Part shown: in pieces, positions 32,246 to 41,432 of the stretch
How positions within the stretch are numbered: position 1 is the first letter of the stretch
Layout of the letters: every line of letters begins with the position of its first letter
DNA from: Candidatus Latescibacterota bacterium
GTDB taxonomy: Bacteria; Latescibacterota; UBA2968; GCA-2709665
DNA length: 64,000 nt
NCBI GenBank assembly: GCA_965222075.1
Contig: OZ244937.1
Location: forward strand, 2,240,001 to 2,304,000
Direction of reading: 5' to 3'
Notes under the pieces: model-generated
Told to the model about the DNA's origin: nothing
Databases searched by the model: none
The model's input: the letters and a program-made list of their open reading frames with translations, nothing else
Made by a program: the position numbers and the translations under genes

Positions 32246-33610
32246 GTGACCGTCCGACGTTTCAACCTCACCTGTCTGGCCATCCTGACCGCCCTGACCG
32301 GCTGTGCCACCTATACGCACAACACAGGGGCCTTCCGCAGCAGCCTGGCGCACGGAAACTACGGGGATGCCCTGCAAAGCCTCAGCAGTGCCCGCAAAGG
32401 CCCCAACCGGCTCCTCTTCCTCCTGGAAAACGGCCTGGTTGCCCATGCCCGGGGGCACTACCGGCGGTCCAACGCTTACTTTGAACAGGCCGAACGCCTC
32501 GCCGACCGGCTCTTTGCCCGCTCCCTCACCCGGGAGGTCGCGGCCCTGATCACCAACGATGCGGTTCGCTCCTACCGGGGGGAGGAATTCGAACTCGTCT
32601 TCATCCACTACTACCGGGCGCTCAACTACTGGTACCTGGGGCTTCCCGAAGACGCCCTGGTCGAATGCCGCAAAGCCAACCTCAAGCTGGCCCACCACGC
32701 CTCGGCCGCAGAATTCGACGCCACCTACCGCAACGACGCCTTTATTCATTATATGACCGGACTCTTCTACGAAGCCACCGGCGAACTCAACGACGCCTAC
32801 ATCTCCTATCAGGATGCGGAAAAGGCCTACCGGACCTATGCCGAAACCTTCGGACTACAGCCTCCTCCTGCCCTCCGGGACGACCTCCTCCGGGTGGCCG
32901 GAGCGCTCGGCTACACAGACGGTGTGCAGGTCCGGCTTGCATCGGCAGGGCGGCCCCACCTGCGCTCAGACGGCGAACTCGTCCTCTTTTCAGAAATCGG
33001 CTTTATCCCCCGCAAAGTACAGGAAGAACTCAGCCTCCCTCTCTTTGAAGACGACATTAAAAAGGCCCATAAGAAAGATGTCAAAACCCTCTCCAAACGG
33101 ATCGCCCGCGGCTATCACACCCCCTATAACAGGCACCAGAAAGTCAAATACTGGCTTCGGGTGGCCCTTCCCGCCTACCAGGAAGTCCTGCCCAGCACCC
33201 GGGGCATCAGGCTCAGCGCCTCGGGAAGAACCGGCCGTGCGGTTCCCGCCCAGGACCTCGCGGCCATCGCGCGCATCACCTTTCAAGACAAGCAGCCGGT
33301 CATCCTGGCGCGTACAATCGCCCGAAGCCTGGCCAAATACTTTACGACTGAAGGGATTAAAAAGAAAAACAAGGTCCTCGGCTTCTTCGCCAACCTCTTC
33401 GCCTTCTCCACAGAGGCCGCCGACACCAGAAGCTGGATCTCCCTGCCCCACACCGTGCACATCGGCAGGCTCCGTCTGCCTCCGGGCGTCCACGACCTCA
33501 CCGTCCAGACCCTCGACGCCCGGGGAAACGTCATCGAGCAGAAGGTCTTTTCAGAGGTCCGCATCCGTCCCGGCACCCGGACCTTTTTGAACCATAGAAC
33601 CTACAGATAA
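32246..33610 (+). CDS. COG3014-family lipoprotein (TPR-like)
   Basis: lipobox LTGC; LLFLLENG, YRGEEFE, YYRALNY, EAADTRSWISLP motifs. Confidence 0.8.
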   Translation: MTVRRFNLTCLAILTALTGCATYTHNTGAFRSSLAHGNYGDALQSLSSARKGPNRLLFLLENGLVAHARGHYRRSNAYFEQAERLADRLFARSLTREVAALITNDAVRSYRGEEFELVFIHYYRALNYWYLGLPEDALVECRKANLKLAHHASAAEFDATYRNDAFIHYMTGLFYEATGELNDAYISYQDAEKAYRTYAETFGLQPPPALRDDLLRVAGALGYTDGVQVRLASAGRPHLRSDGELVLFSEIGFIPRKVQEELSLPLFEDDIKKAHKKDVKTLSKRIARGYHTPYNRHQKVKYWLRVALPAYQEVLPSTRGIRLSASGRTGRAVPAQDLAAIARITFQDKQPVILARTIARSLAKYFTTEGIKKKNKVLGFFANLFAFSTEAADTRSWISLPHTVHIGRLRLPPGVHDLTVQTLDARGNVIEQKVFSEVRIRPGTRTFLNHRTYR

Positions 33611-33672
33611 TTCACCGCAAAGACGCAGAGGACGCAGAGAACCTGAAAACCTGTATAAAAGGAGGAAAAACG

Positions 33673-34482
33673 ATGAACCGCTTTCGCTCAACCCCGATCT
33701 TCGCAGCCGTCCTGATACTCCTGGGACTCTGCGCAGCGGCTCACGCCACAGACGTCCCCACCAGAGGCCCCGTCGTCAACATCGTCGAATGGGACGGCGG
33801 AGAGCTTCCGCCCGTCTACGAACGGTCGGACCAACTCCCCCTCACACGGGAAGACATCCTCAACCTCAGCCGGAACGACTTCACACCCGAAGGCATCGCC
33901 CGCATGGTTGAAGAACGCCGCTTTGTGGGCGACGCCTCTCCCGGCGCGCTGATCCAGCTCAAAAAGGCCGGCGTCACCCCGGAAGTCATCCAGGCCGTCT
34001 CCCGCCATGCCCTCCCCCCCAACCGTGTCCTCACCCTCTCGATCCAACTCGAATTTGAGGGCACCTCTGCGGAGGCCCGCAGGCGCTACCTCTATGTTGT
34101 CATCCCCGACGGCCCATACGAAAGGACCTTTACCGCCGACATAGGCGCTGTCCTGGCCAGGCGCTGGCAGCGGGACACCGTGGTGGACCAGACCGATCCC
34201 CTCCTGCCCAAACAGGTCCGCCACGTCACCTTCTCCGGCAGCGTGCCCCTCAAAACTTACGGACAGAAAGAGGTCCTGGTCTTCGCCTCAACCAAACCGG
34301 ACGTTTACACCTCCGCGGACATCCCCAAGGCCGACCGTGCAGGCGTTCGGAAATACCTGATGGACTACCCGGCCAGTTCCCTCCTGCAGGACTGCCGGCT
34401 GCGGGTCCGCTTCCGGCAGGACAGCGTCCTGCCCTACAAATGGCAGATGGTGGGATCACATCTTGAGTGTGAATGGAATTAA
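33673..34482 (+). CDS. secreted hypothetical protein
   Basis: AGGAGG RBS, signal peptide, small helical LIQLKKAGVTPEVIQAV domain. Confidence 0.7.
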   Translation: MNRFRSTPIFAAVLILLGLCAAAHATDVPTRGPVVNIVEWDGGELPPVYERSDQLPLTREDILNLSRNDFTPEGIARMVEERRFVGDASPGALIQLKKAGVTPEVIQAVSRHALPPNRVLTLSIQLEFEGTSAEARRRYLYVVIPDGPYERTFTADIGAVLARRWQRDTVVDQTDPLLPKQVRHVTFSGSVPLKTYGQKEVLVFASTKPDVYTSADIPKADRAGVRKYLMDYPASSLLQDCRLRVRFRQDSVLPYKWQMVGSHLECEWN

Positions 34483-34514
34483 GCGCCCTATCGCATAGAA
34501 AGGAGAAACACGCA

Positions 34515-35108
34515 ATGAAACACGTAATCTGGATCATAGCCCTTGCGCTCACCGTCGGGTGCGCAGGCCCCAGGGCCTTTACAAAAGGGTCCTACGAAGA
34601 CCCGAAGACCATCGCCCTGCTGGACGACCGCTTCAACGAAAACGACATGCAGCTCATCGCCAAAAAGATGGTCAACTCTCTGGTGGCGGCCTCCGAACAC
34701 ATCGCCGGAAAGGCCGAACAGCTCGTCGTCATCGTCGGGAAAATGCGCAACCGCACGACCGAACACATCGATCTGAAAATGCTCTCGGACAAGATCCAAA
34801 CCGCCCTCATCCAAAGCGGCAAATTCCGATTTGCAGACGTCGAAAACCGCCGTGACATTGCCGAGGAGTACGAATACCAGCAATCCGGGTATGTCGACCC
34901 CACACAGGCCAAAAGCCCCGGCAGCCAGACCAGCGCCGACTACCTCCTTACCGGCACCCTCACCTCCAACGTCCAGCAGGTCGGCAAAGACAAGCTCGTC
35001 TACTACAAAGCCACTTTCCAGTTCACCAACCTGCTCACTTCGGAAATCGTCTGGACCGATGAAAAGGAGATCCGGAAGGCCTACAAAAAACGCAGCATCG
35101 GGCTCTAA
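34515..35108 (+). CDS. LpoB-like (CsgG/HfaB-fold) lipoprotein
   Basis: lipobox TVGC; NRTTEHID, SGKFRF, ADYLLTG, EIVW motifs. Confidence 0.8.
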   Translation: MKHVIWIIALALTVGCAGPRAFTKGSYEDPKTIALLDDRFNENDMQLIAKKMVNSLVAASEHIAGKAEQLVVIVGKMRNRTTEHIDLKMLSDKIQTALIQSGKFRFADVENRRDIAEEYEYQQSGYVDPTQAKSPGSQTSADYLLTGTLTSNVQQVGKDKLVYYKATFQFTNLLTSEIVWTDEKEIRKAYKKRSIGL

Positions 35109-35144
35109 GAAGAACACGTTTCACATATCGAAAGGAGAACCCCT

Positions 35145-35699
35145 ATGAAACCCGCAAATATTGTCCCGATCTTCGTGCTTTGCTTCTGCGCCGTTGCCCT
35201 CTCGGCAAATGCCGAGGAAACAGGCCGCACCGACGGCTCGGAAGCCAGTGAATACGGTAAAGGCGGTTACCCCTTTGGCGGGCCGATCGGCCGGTTCTAC
35301 ATCAGCCCCGCTTTTGGCTCCGGCATCTTCAACACCTCGGGGCTCGGCAACCGGTCCGGCCTCCTCTACGGCCTCGACATCGGTTACGAGCGGGACGGAT
35401 GGATCGGCATCCAGGGGGGCTACGCCTATCTCTCCGACCGCAAGATGTCGATCTTCAGCCTCGGAGCCCGCTTCGCCTATCCTGCAGAGCCATTCGTCTA
35501 CCATCTCTCGACCCAGGCCGGGTACTACGCCCCGGACACCGGGTCCAAACACTTCGGCCTCGCGCCGGGGGCCGGCATCGATATCGTCGTCAGCGACCGG
35601 ATCCAAATCGGCCTCAACTACACACACGACTTCATCTTTGCAGACACCGGCACAGACCACTTGGACAGGGTCTACGCCGGCCTGAAGGTCTACTTCTAA
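35145..35699 (+). CDS. outer-membrane beta-barrel protein (OmpA-like membrane domain)
   Basis: signal peptide, amphipathic strands, C-terminal YAGLKVYF. Confidence 0.75.
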   Translation: MKPANIVPIFVLCFCAVALSANAEETGRTDGSEASEYGKGGYPFGGPIGRFYISPAFGSGIFNTSGLGNRSGLLYGLDIGYERDGWIGIQGGYAYLSDRKMSIFSLGARFAYPAEPFVYHLSTQAGYYAPDTGSKHFGLAPGAGIDIVVSDRIQIGLNYTHDFIFADTGTDHLDRVYAGLKVYF

Positions 35700-35755
35700 G
35701 AAGCTGCTCAGAAAATAAGAGCGGACCGGCTTCCCACCATTCCATTCTTTTGCTC

Positions 35756-35791
35756 TTGGCCTTTTTCTTGCTCGCCCAAGAAAAAGGCCAA
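35756..35791. repeat. 15-bp inverted repeat (terminator or MITE remnant) at the island border
   Basis: TTGGCCTTTTTCTTG-N6-CAAGAAAAAGGCCAA. Confidence 0.55.
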
Positions 35792-36588
35792 AAAAGAAGG
35801 GCGCCTGATGGGGCGTCTGGCGCCGTCCACTCCGGCGTAGCCGAAGCTGTTGTGCGGCGTCGGTCTCAGGCGGGAGCCGATTTACGTGGTTGACCAGCAG
35901 GGACGCATCATCCGCACCATAGGCGACTGATTGCTCGCGTTTTCGCTCAAAAATTTAAGTTTCTATAATATAAAGAGTTATGGAGCAGCCCGTTTTTTTT
36001 GGAACTTTACCCAGGACAAAAGCGTAAAAAAAAACAACAGTCGGCAAGAGTTGATGATGACAAAGTTGACCGACGAGACTTCTCGAGCTTTTCCCATCAT
36101 ACCAGCAGCGTTAACGATTCTTGTATCGGGAGGAAATTGCCACTATCAATAACGTGAACAGGTTTTTAAATCTTTAAAAACTCATAGTTATGCAAATTGG
36201 ATTTGGGATTTGCAAGTTATCGAAACAAATCCCTACAAATTCCACAGGACCAGATTTCGGCCCCGATTTGCAAAGGTGTTCACACCATTGGTTATGGCGT
36301 TTTCTCTTAAATTTCATCCCCTCGCGCTCGGCATCGCCAGTCTGCTGAGCCTGAATTTCTCAATTTCCTCGGGATCGCTTTTTCCGCAGATCAGTCGATT
36401 CACATTCCCTCCGGATCGTTCTACAGCCGACCAGGCTACATCCTCACCTGACGTATCTTCCGATCGAACTGTTCCCATTCAAATTTCCGGCGATGGATAT
36501 TCAAACATGTACCGGAGATTCCATACGCCATGTATGTCTGCGTGCCGTGAATACAGGCAACTCTGATTGTTTACAGGGGACTTAACGC

Positions 36589-37314
36589 ATGGAAAAGCGG
36601 AAAATATTGATTGTAGATAGCGAGCCAGTTGTAACATCGGAACTCGTAGGATTCCTGAAAGAAGAACCTTATGAGACAGTCACCGCGGAAAATGGAGCGG
36701 AAGGACTCGAAATATTGAGAAAAGAGAAGATTGACGTTGCCGTGATCGAGGCATGTGTCGAGGATATGGATGGGACAACACTTTTGGAGGGCGTGAAGGC
36801 AGAGAAAACTCAGACAGCTATGCTGCTCGTGACAAGCCTGGAAACCCTGGAGATGGGAGAGAAAGTGCAGAGGGCTTTTGCCATGAGCGCATTTGATAGG
36901 CCAATAGACAGAGACGCATTTTTGGCGAATATTAGAAAATATATGCCGCTACAAGACGTGTGGAAGAGCCGCCTGGAATCATTTCTGGAAGACAACTACA
37001 ACAATCCGGAGTTGAAATTCGAAGATGTCACGCGCTACTTCAAGTTCTCCAGGACCTACGGATATGCATTGTTCAAGAAACATTTGGGAGAATCGTTCAG
37101 CAGCTGCCTGCGAAATGTACGCCTGGCAAAGGCTGAAGAAGCATTGAAGAACACTTCAGCCTCCGTTTCGGAAATTGCCTATGTGTGTGGTTTTGCGTCT
37201 TTATCGACCTTTAGCAAGGTTTTCAAAGCGAAATATGGAAATAATCCAACCACATATCGCAAAAAATGGAAACTGGGACAAGTTTTGAACGGTAGGACAA
37301 ACTTGTTGTCTTGA
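36589..37314 (+). CDS. response regulator-like protein: atypical receiver + AraC HTH
   Basis: KILIVDSE...DVAVIE...MDG receiver; SVSEIAYVCGF..LSTFSKVFK..YG..P..YR AraC signature. Confidence 0.88.
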   Translation: MEKRKILIVDSEPVVTSELVGFLKEEPYETVTAENGAEGLEILRKEKIDVAVIEACVEDMDGTTLLEGVKAEKTQTAMLLVTSLETLEMGEKVQRAFAMSAFDRPIDRDAFLANIRKYMPLQDVWKSRLESFLEDNYNNPELKFEDVTRYFKFSRTYGYALFKKHLGESFSSCLRNVRLAKAEEALKNTSASVSEIAYVCGFASLSTFSKVFKAKYGNNPTTYRKKWKLGQVLNGRTNLLS

Positions 37315-37527
37315 CATAATATGTAGGATGCGTATTATCATTCTGTCAATATACGACCTGAAGTTAGAAAGAGATTGAAAAAGGTGAGCAGGACACTTCA
37401 GATTATCCTTTAATTCCTGTATCCTCAAGCAGTTCTATCAATTATACCCTGTGAGTTACACCCTGTTTAAAGTCACCCATCATGTCCTATTCAGAATCTA
37501 CCCATCATCAACAAAAGGAGGCGTAAC

Positions 37528-37968
37528 ATGAAGAAATTACTGATCTTAGCAATGGCGGTGGTGGCCCTGTCGGGTTGCATGACTGCCTCGCAGCATAAAA
37601 GGTCTGTCCAGGATGATTCTGCTGACCGCATGACCGTCGGAAAGGTTCAAAAGGAAATAAGAGTTGGTATGAGCGGTGCCGAGGTTGCCCAGGTTCTCGG
37701 ATCGCCCAATATCGTTTCAACAGATGAAGAACGGCGTGAAGTATGGATATATGACAAAATTTCGACAGAAACAGCATACTCAACCAGTAAGGGCGGTATT
37801 TCTTCTCTCATCCTTGTAACCCTGACCGATGTTTTTACCGGAGGGGGTGGCGGAGCGTCAGGTTCATCCGGAGCCAGTTCAACATCGCAAAGAACCCTCA
37901 CTGTCATAATAAAATTTGATGAAAATAAACAGGTGAGGGATTTCGCGTATCACGCATCGCGGTTCTGA
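37528..37968 (+). CDS. SmpA/BamE-like lipoprotein with Gly/Ser-rich insert
   Basis: lipobox LSGC; IRVGMSGAEVAQVLGSP, EVWIY, LTVIIKFDENKQV; AAGGAGG RBS. Confidence 0.8.
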   Translation: MKKLLILAMAVVALSGCMTASQHKRSVQDDSADRMTVGKVQKEIRVGMSGAEVAQVLGSPNIVSTDEERREVWIYDKISTETAYSTSKGGISSLILVTLTDVFTGGGGGASGSSGASSTSQRTLTVIIKFDENKQVRDFAYHASRF

Positions 37969-38009
37969 GGCAGACACACCGGTAACGTGGGGCGTATAGA
38001 ACTGTGAAG

Positions 38010-38098
38010 TCGTCTTCTTCAGGACCTGCGATACATAACCCTTTGATCGTGCTTCACTCATCTATGGAAGCTGTGGAACTGCCTGGTGGGGAGATCAC
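38010..38098 (+). repeat. 89-nt leader repeated at 40198-40286
   Basis: only 3 mismatches between copies; each directly precedes a type-A ATG. Confidence 0.9.
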
Positions 38099-38701
38099 AT
38101 GACAAAAAAAAATCGTCTCTCAGTACTACTTACCATAGTGGTACTGGTTTTAACAGGCTGCGGGAGTAGTTTGCCCAAACATGTCTTGAGGCTAACACCA
38201 GATACATTGCAAAACAGGGTATTACAAACAAGAAAATACGAAGGTATTCCAGAAGCCGATCTTTTATCGGCATCTACTGGTGTGATTCAAGATCTGGGAT
38301 TCATCATTGATGAGAGTGAAACAAAACTCGGACTTATCGTTGGCTCAAAAAAAAGAGATGCGCCTCCTGATGCAGGACAGCGGATCGGTCAAGTGCTTGT
38401 TACAACAACTTCACTATTTCTTGCGGCTATTGTTGCGGTTATTACAAAAGGCGAGTCGGGTGAAGATCTTATATACGTTCCGCCTGTTGACGACTATCAA
38501 AAGCTATGGGCGTCTATTGTTATCCGTCCAACATCGGAAGATGACGATAAAACACACTATGTCAGGGTGACATTCCAGAGAATTGTTTGGAATACCGAAG
38601 ACGAAATTGCGAGACTCCAAAGCCTGAATGAGCCTGAAATGTATCAAAAGTTCTTTGATCTTCTTTCAAAATCGGTCTTTCTGGAAGGGCAAAAAATATG
38701 A
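38099..38701 (+). CDS. uncharacterised lipoprotein, type A copy 1
   Basis: lipobox LTGC; QTRKY...QDLGF..DESETKLGLI; central hydrophobic segment; C-terminal LSKSVFLEGQKI. Confidence 0.8.
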   Translation: MTKKNRLSVLLTIVVLVLTGCGSSLPKHVLRLTPDTLQNRVLQTRKYEGIPEADLLSASTGVIQDLGFIIDESETKLGLIVGSKKRDAPPDAGQRIGQVLVTTTSLFLAAIVAVITKGESGEDLIYVPPVDDYQKLWASIVIRPTSEDDDKTHYVRVTFQRIVWNTEDEIARLQSLNEPEMYQKFFDLLSKSVFLEGQKI

Positions 38702-39144
38702 AAATCTCCAGGATATTGAGCGCCGCGATTGCCGCATCCATATTAATCGCGTTGTCCGGATGCGCATCATCAAAAGAGCAATTGCTGAAGATGGATGAAA
38801 GTCAGGTCAAGCTGCGAAGCATGCAAACCCGCGCGTTCGACACCACAGATAAAGATAAAATGCTTAGAACTGTAATATCCACACTTCAGGATTTAGGCTA
38901 TATCGTGAAGGAAGCAAATGAAGTGATTGGAACGGTTAGTGCCCGAACAACTCACATTAAATCTAAAAAGAAAAAATATCCACTGCTAATAACGGTTACT
39001 GTTCGGCCAAGGGGCGAAACCCAATTGTTGGTACGTGCGAACGCTCAATACAAACAAAAGGCTGTTAAGGACCCAACAGTATATCAAAATTTCTTCACTG
39101 TTTTGGAAAAATCAATTTTTTTGACTGCTCACGAGGTTGATTAA
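38698..39144 (+). CDS. uncharacterised lipoprotein, type B copy 1
   Basis: lipobox LSGC; RSMQTRAFDTT...LQD...YQNFF..L.KS.FLTAH; ATGA overlap with A1. Confidence 0.8.
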   Translation: MKISRILSAAIAASILIALSGCASSKEQLLKMDESQVKLRSMQTRAFDTTDKDKMLRTVISTLQDLGYIVKEANEVIGTVSARTTHIKSKKKKYPLLITVTVRPRGETQLLVRANAQYKQKAVKDPTVYQNFFTVLEKSIFLTAHEVD

Positions 39145-39211
39145 ACGACCATTGTGTCGACCTCATCGACGCAATACTGATACAAGTAAAAATACTCAAG
39201 GAACATAAAAT

Positions 39212-39640
39212 ATGGCAATTCTTAGGATATTGGCGGCTGTAATTGCCACCTCCATATTAATTGGGTTGTCCGGATGTGCGTCATCCCCTCCAAGACAATT
39301 GATGAAAATGGATACAAGTCAAGTCAATTTGCGAAGCATGCAAACCCGTGTATTCGACACCACAGATGAAAAAAAGACGCTTAGAACTGTAATATCCACA
39401 CTTCAAGATTTCGACTTTCTCGTAGATGAAGCAAATAAAATGCTTGGATTGGTCAGTGCCACAAGAATGACCGATTGGTTGCAAATAACAGTTACTGTTC
39501 GTCCAAAAAGTGAAACACAAGTGTTGGTGCGTGCGAATATGGAATACAATCAAAAGGCTGTTGAAGATCCATTAGTATATCAAAAATTCTTCACGTATTT
39601 GGGAAAATCGATGTTTCTGACCGCTCACTCGGTCGATTGA
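39212..39640 (+). CDS. uncharacterised lipoprotein, type B copy 2
   Basis: paralog of B1; lipobox LSGC. Confidence 0.8.
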   Translation: MAILRILAAVIATSILIGLSGCASSPPRQLMKMDTSQVNLRSMQTRVFDTTDEKKTLRTVISTLQDFDFLVDEANKMLGLVSATRMTDWLQITVTVRPKSETQVLVRANMEYNQKAVEDPLVYQKFFTYLGKSMFLTAHSVD

Positions 39641-39698
39641 ACGACCATTGTGTCGGCCTCATCGACGAAATGCCGATACCAACCAAAGGAATACAAAT

Positions 39699-40121
39699 AT
39701 GAAAATCTCCAGGATATTGACGGTCGCAATTGCCACCTCCATATTAATTGGGTTGTCCGGGGGTGTGTCATTTTCGCAAAAAATAGAATTACATGAAAGT
39801 CAATTAGAAATTCGAAGTATGCAAACCCGTGCATTCGACACCACAGATGAAAATAAGACGCTTAGAGCTATAATAGCCACACTTCAAGATTTCAGTTTTG
39901 TCATAAAGAAAGCAGATGAAGCACTTGGAACGATTACTGCCATAAGAATCGACAAATATCCATTGCGAATAACAGTTACTGTTCGTACAAGGGGTGAAAC
40001 GCAAGTGTTAGTGCGTATGAATGCGTACTACGGTCAGCCTGTTAAAGATCCAATAATATATCAAAATTTCTTCACATCTCTGGCAAAATCGATGTTTCTG
40101 ACCGCTCACTCGGTCAATTAA
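39699..40121 (+). CDS. type B paralog copy 3, lipobox Cys lost
   Basis: LSGGVSFSQ in place of LSGCASS; remainder conserved. Confidence 0.78.
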   Translation: MKISRILTVAIATSILIGLSGGVSFSQKIELHESQLEIRSMQTRAFDTTDENKTLRAIIATLQDFSFVIKKADEALGTITAIRIDKYPLRITVTVRTRGETQVLVRMNAYYGQPVKDPIIYQNFFTSLAKSMFLTAHSVN

Positions 40122-40286
40122 ACGACCATTGATTGTCGGTCTCATTAACACAATGCTCCCATACCAGAGGAATACCTCTTGACATTGAACCAGTAGATCG
40201 TCTTCCTCAGGACCTGCGATACATAACCCTTTGATCGTGCTTCACTCACCTATGGAAGCTGTGAAACTGCCTGGTGGGGAGATCAC

Positions 40287-40838
40287 ATGACAAAAAAAAA
40301 TCGTCTATCAGTACTACTTACTGTGGTACTGGTTTTAACAGGCTGCGGGAGTCGTATCCCCAAAGATGCCTTTCAACTAACACCGGAATTATTGCAAAAG
40401 AGAGTTTTAAAAACGAGAAAATACGAAAGCATTTCAGAAGCTGATATTTTATCGGCATCTGCTGGCGTGCTTCAAGATTTGGGATTCACTCTTGATGAGA
40501 GTGAAACAAAACTCGGACTTATCGTTGGCTCAAAGGAAGCAGATGCGACTGAGATAGGACAGGAGATCCGATGGTGGATTACGGCGTTGCTTACTTACGG
40601 GTACTCGGCGCTTGGTGATGAGACTGATGATTATCAAAAGTTCAGGGCGTCTATTGTTATACGTCCAACATCGGAAGATAACGATAAAATACACTATGTC
40701 AGTGTGACATTCCAGCGGATTGTTTGGAATACCGATGACAAAGTTTCGAAACAAGAGACCCTGTACGCGCCTGAAATATATCAAGAGTTCTTTGATCGTC
40801 TTTCAAAATCAGTCTTTCTGGAAGGGCAAAAAATATGA
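40287..40838 (+). CDS. uncharacterised lipoprotein, type A copy 2
   Basis: paralog of A1 with a different central segment. Confidence 0.8.
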   Translation: MTKKNRLSVLLTVVLVLTGCGSRIPKDAFQLTPELLQKRVLKTRKYESISEADILSASAGVLQDLGFTLDESETKLGLIVGSKEADATEIGQEIRWWITALLTYGYSALGDETDDYQKFRASIVIRPTSEDNDKIHYVSVTFQRIVWNTDDKVSKQETLYAPEIYQEFFDRLSKSVFLEGQKI

Positions 40839-41263
40839 AAATCTCCAGGATATTGAACGCCGCGATTGCCGCATCCGCATTAATCGCGTTGTCCGGATGT
40901 GGATCATCAAAAAAGCATTTGTTGAAAATGGGTGATAGCCAGGTCAAGCTGCGAAGCATGCAAACCCGTGCGTTCGACACCACAGAAAAAAATAAGATGC
41001 TTCGAACTGTAATAACCACACTTCAAGACTTCGACTACGTCCTGGATAAAGCGGATGCAACGCTTGGAATGGTTAGTGCCACAAAACTCGACAAACATCA
41101 ATATCGAATAACGGTTACCGTTCGGCCAAGGGGCGAAACCCAATTGTTGGTGCGTGCGAACGTACAATACAAAAAAAAGACTGTTAAGAATCCAATAGTA
41201 TATCAAAATTTCTTCACCTCTTTGGCAAGATCGATATTTCTGACCGCTCACTCGGTCAATTAA
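40835..41263 (+). CDS. uncharacterised lipoprotein, type B copy 4
   Basis: paralog of B1; ATGA overlap with A2. Confidence 0.8.
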   Translation: MKISRILNAAIAASALIALSGCGSSKKHLLKMGDSQVKLRSMQTRAFDTTEKNKMLRTVITTLQDFDYVLDKADATLGMVSATKLDKHQYRITVTVRPRGETQLLVRANVQYKKKTVKNPIVYQNFFTSLARSIFLTAHSVN

Positions 41264-41432
41264 ACGACCATTGATTGTCGGTCTTATCAACGCAATGTCC
41301 CCATACCAGAGGAATGCCTCATCTCACACCTTCGCACTGGCATCGTTAGCCTGCTCCTCTCGATTTCCCCGTGGTCTCTTTCCACACAGATCGGTAGCTT
41401 TTCCCTTTCTCCGATATTGAGTATATAAACCC

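Noticed and set aside
35931-36566. Short ORFs 35931-36152 and 36210-36566
   Set aside because: TTG starts, no RBS and no recognisable motifs; probably intergenic or decayed DNA.
37980-41320. Integron cassette array or CRISPR-like array
   Set aside because: The repeats lack attC RYYYAAC/GTTRRRY ends, there is no integrase or cas gene, and the intervening sequences are paralogous genes rather than unique spacers.
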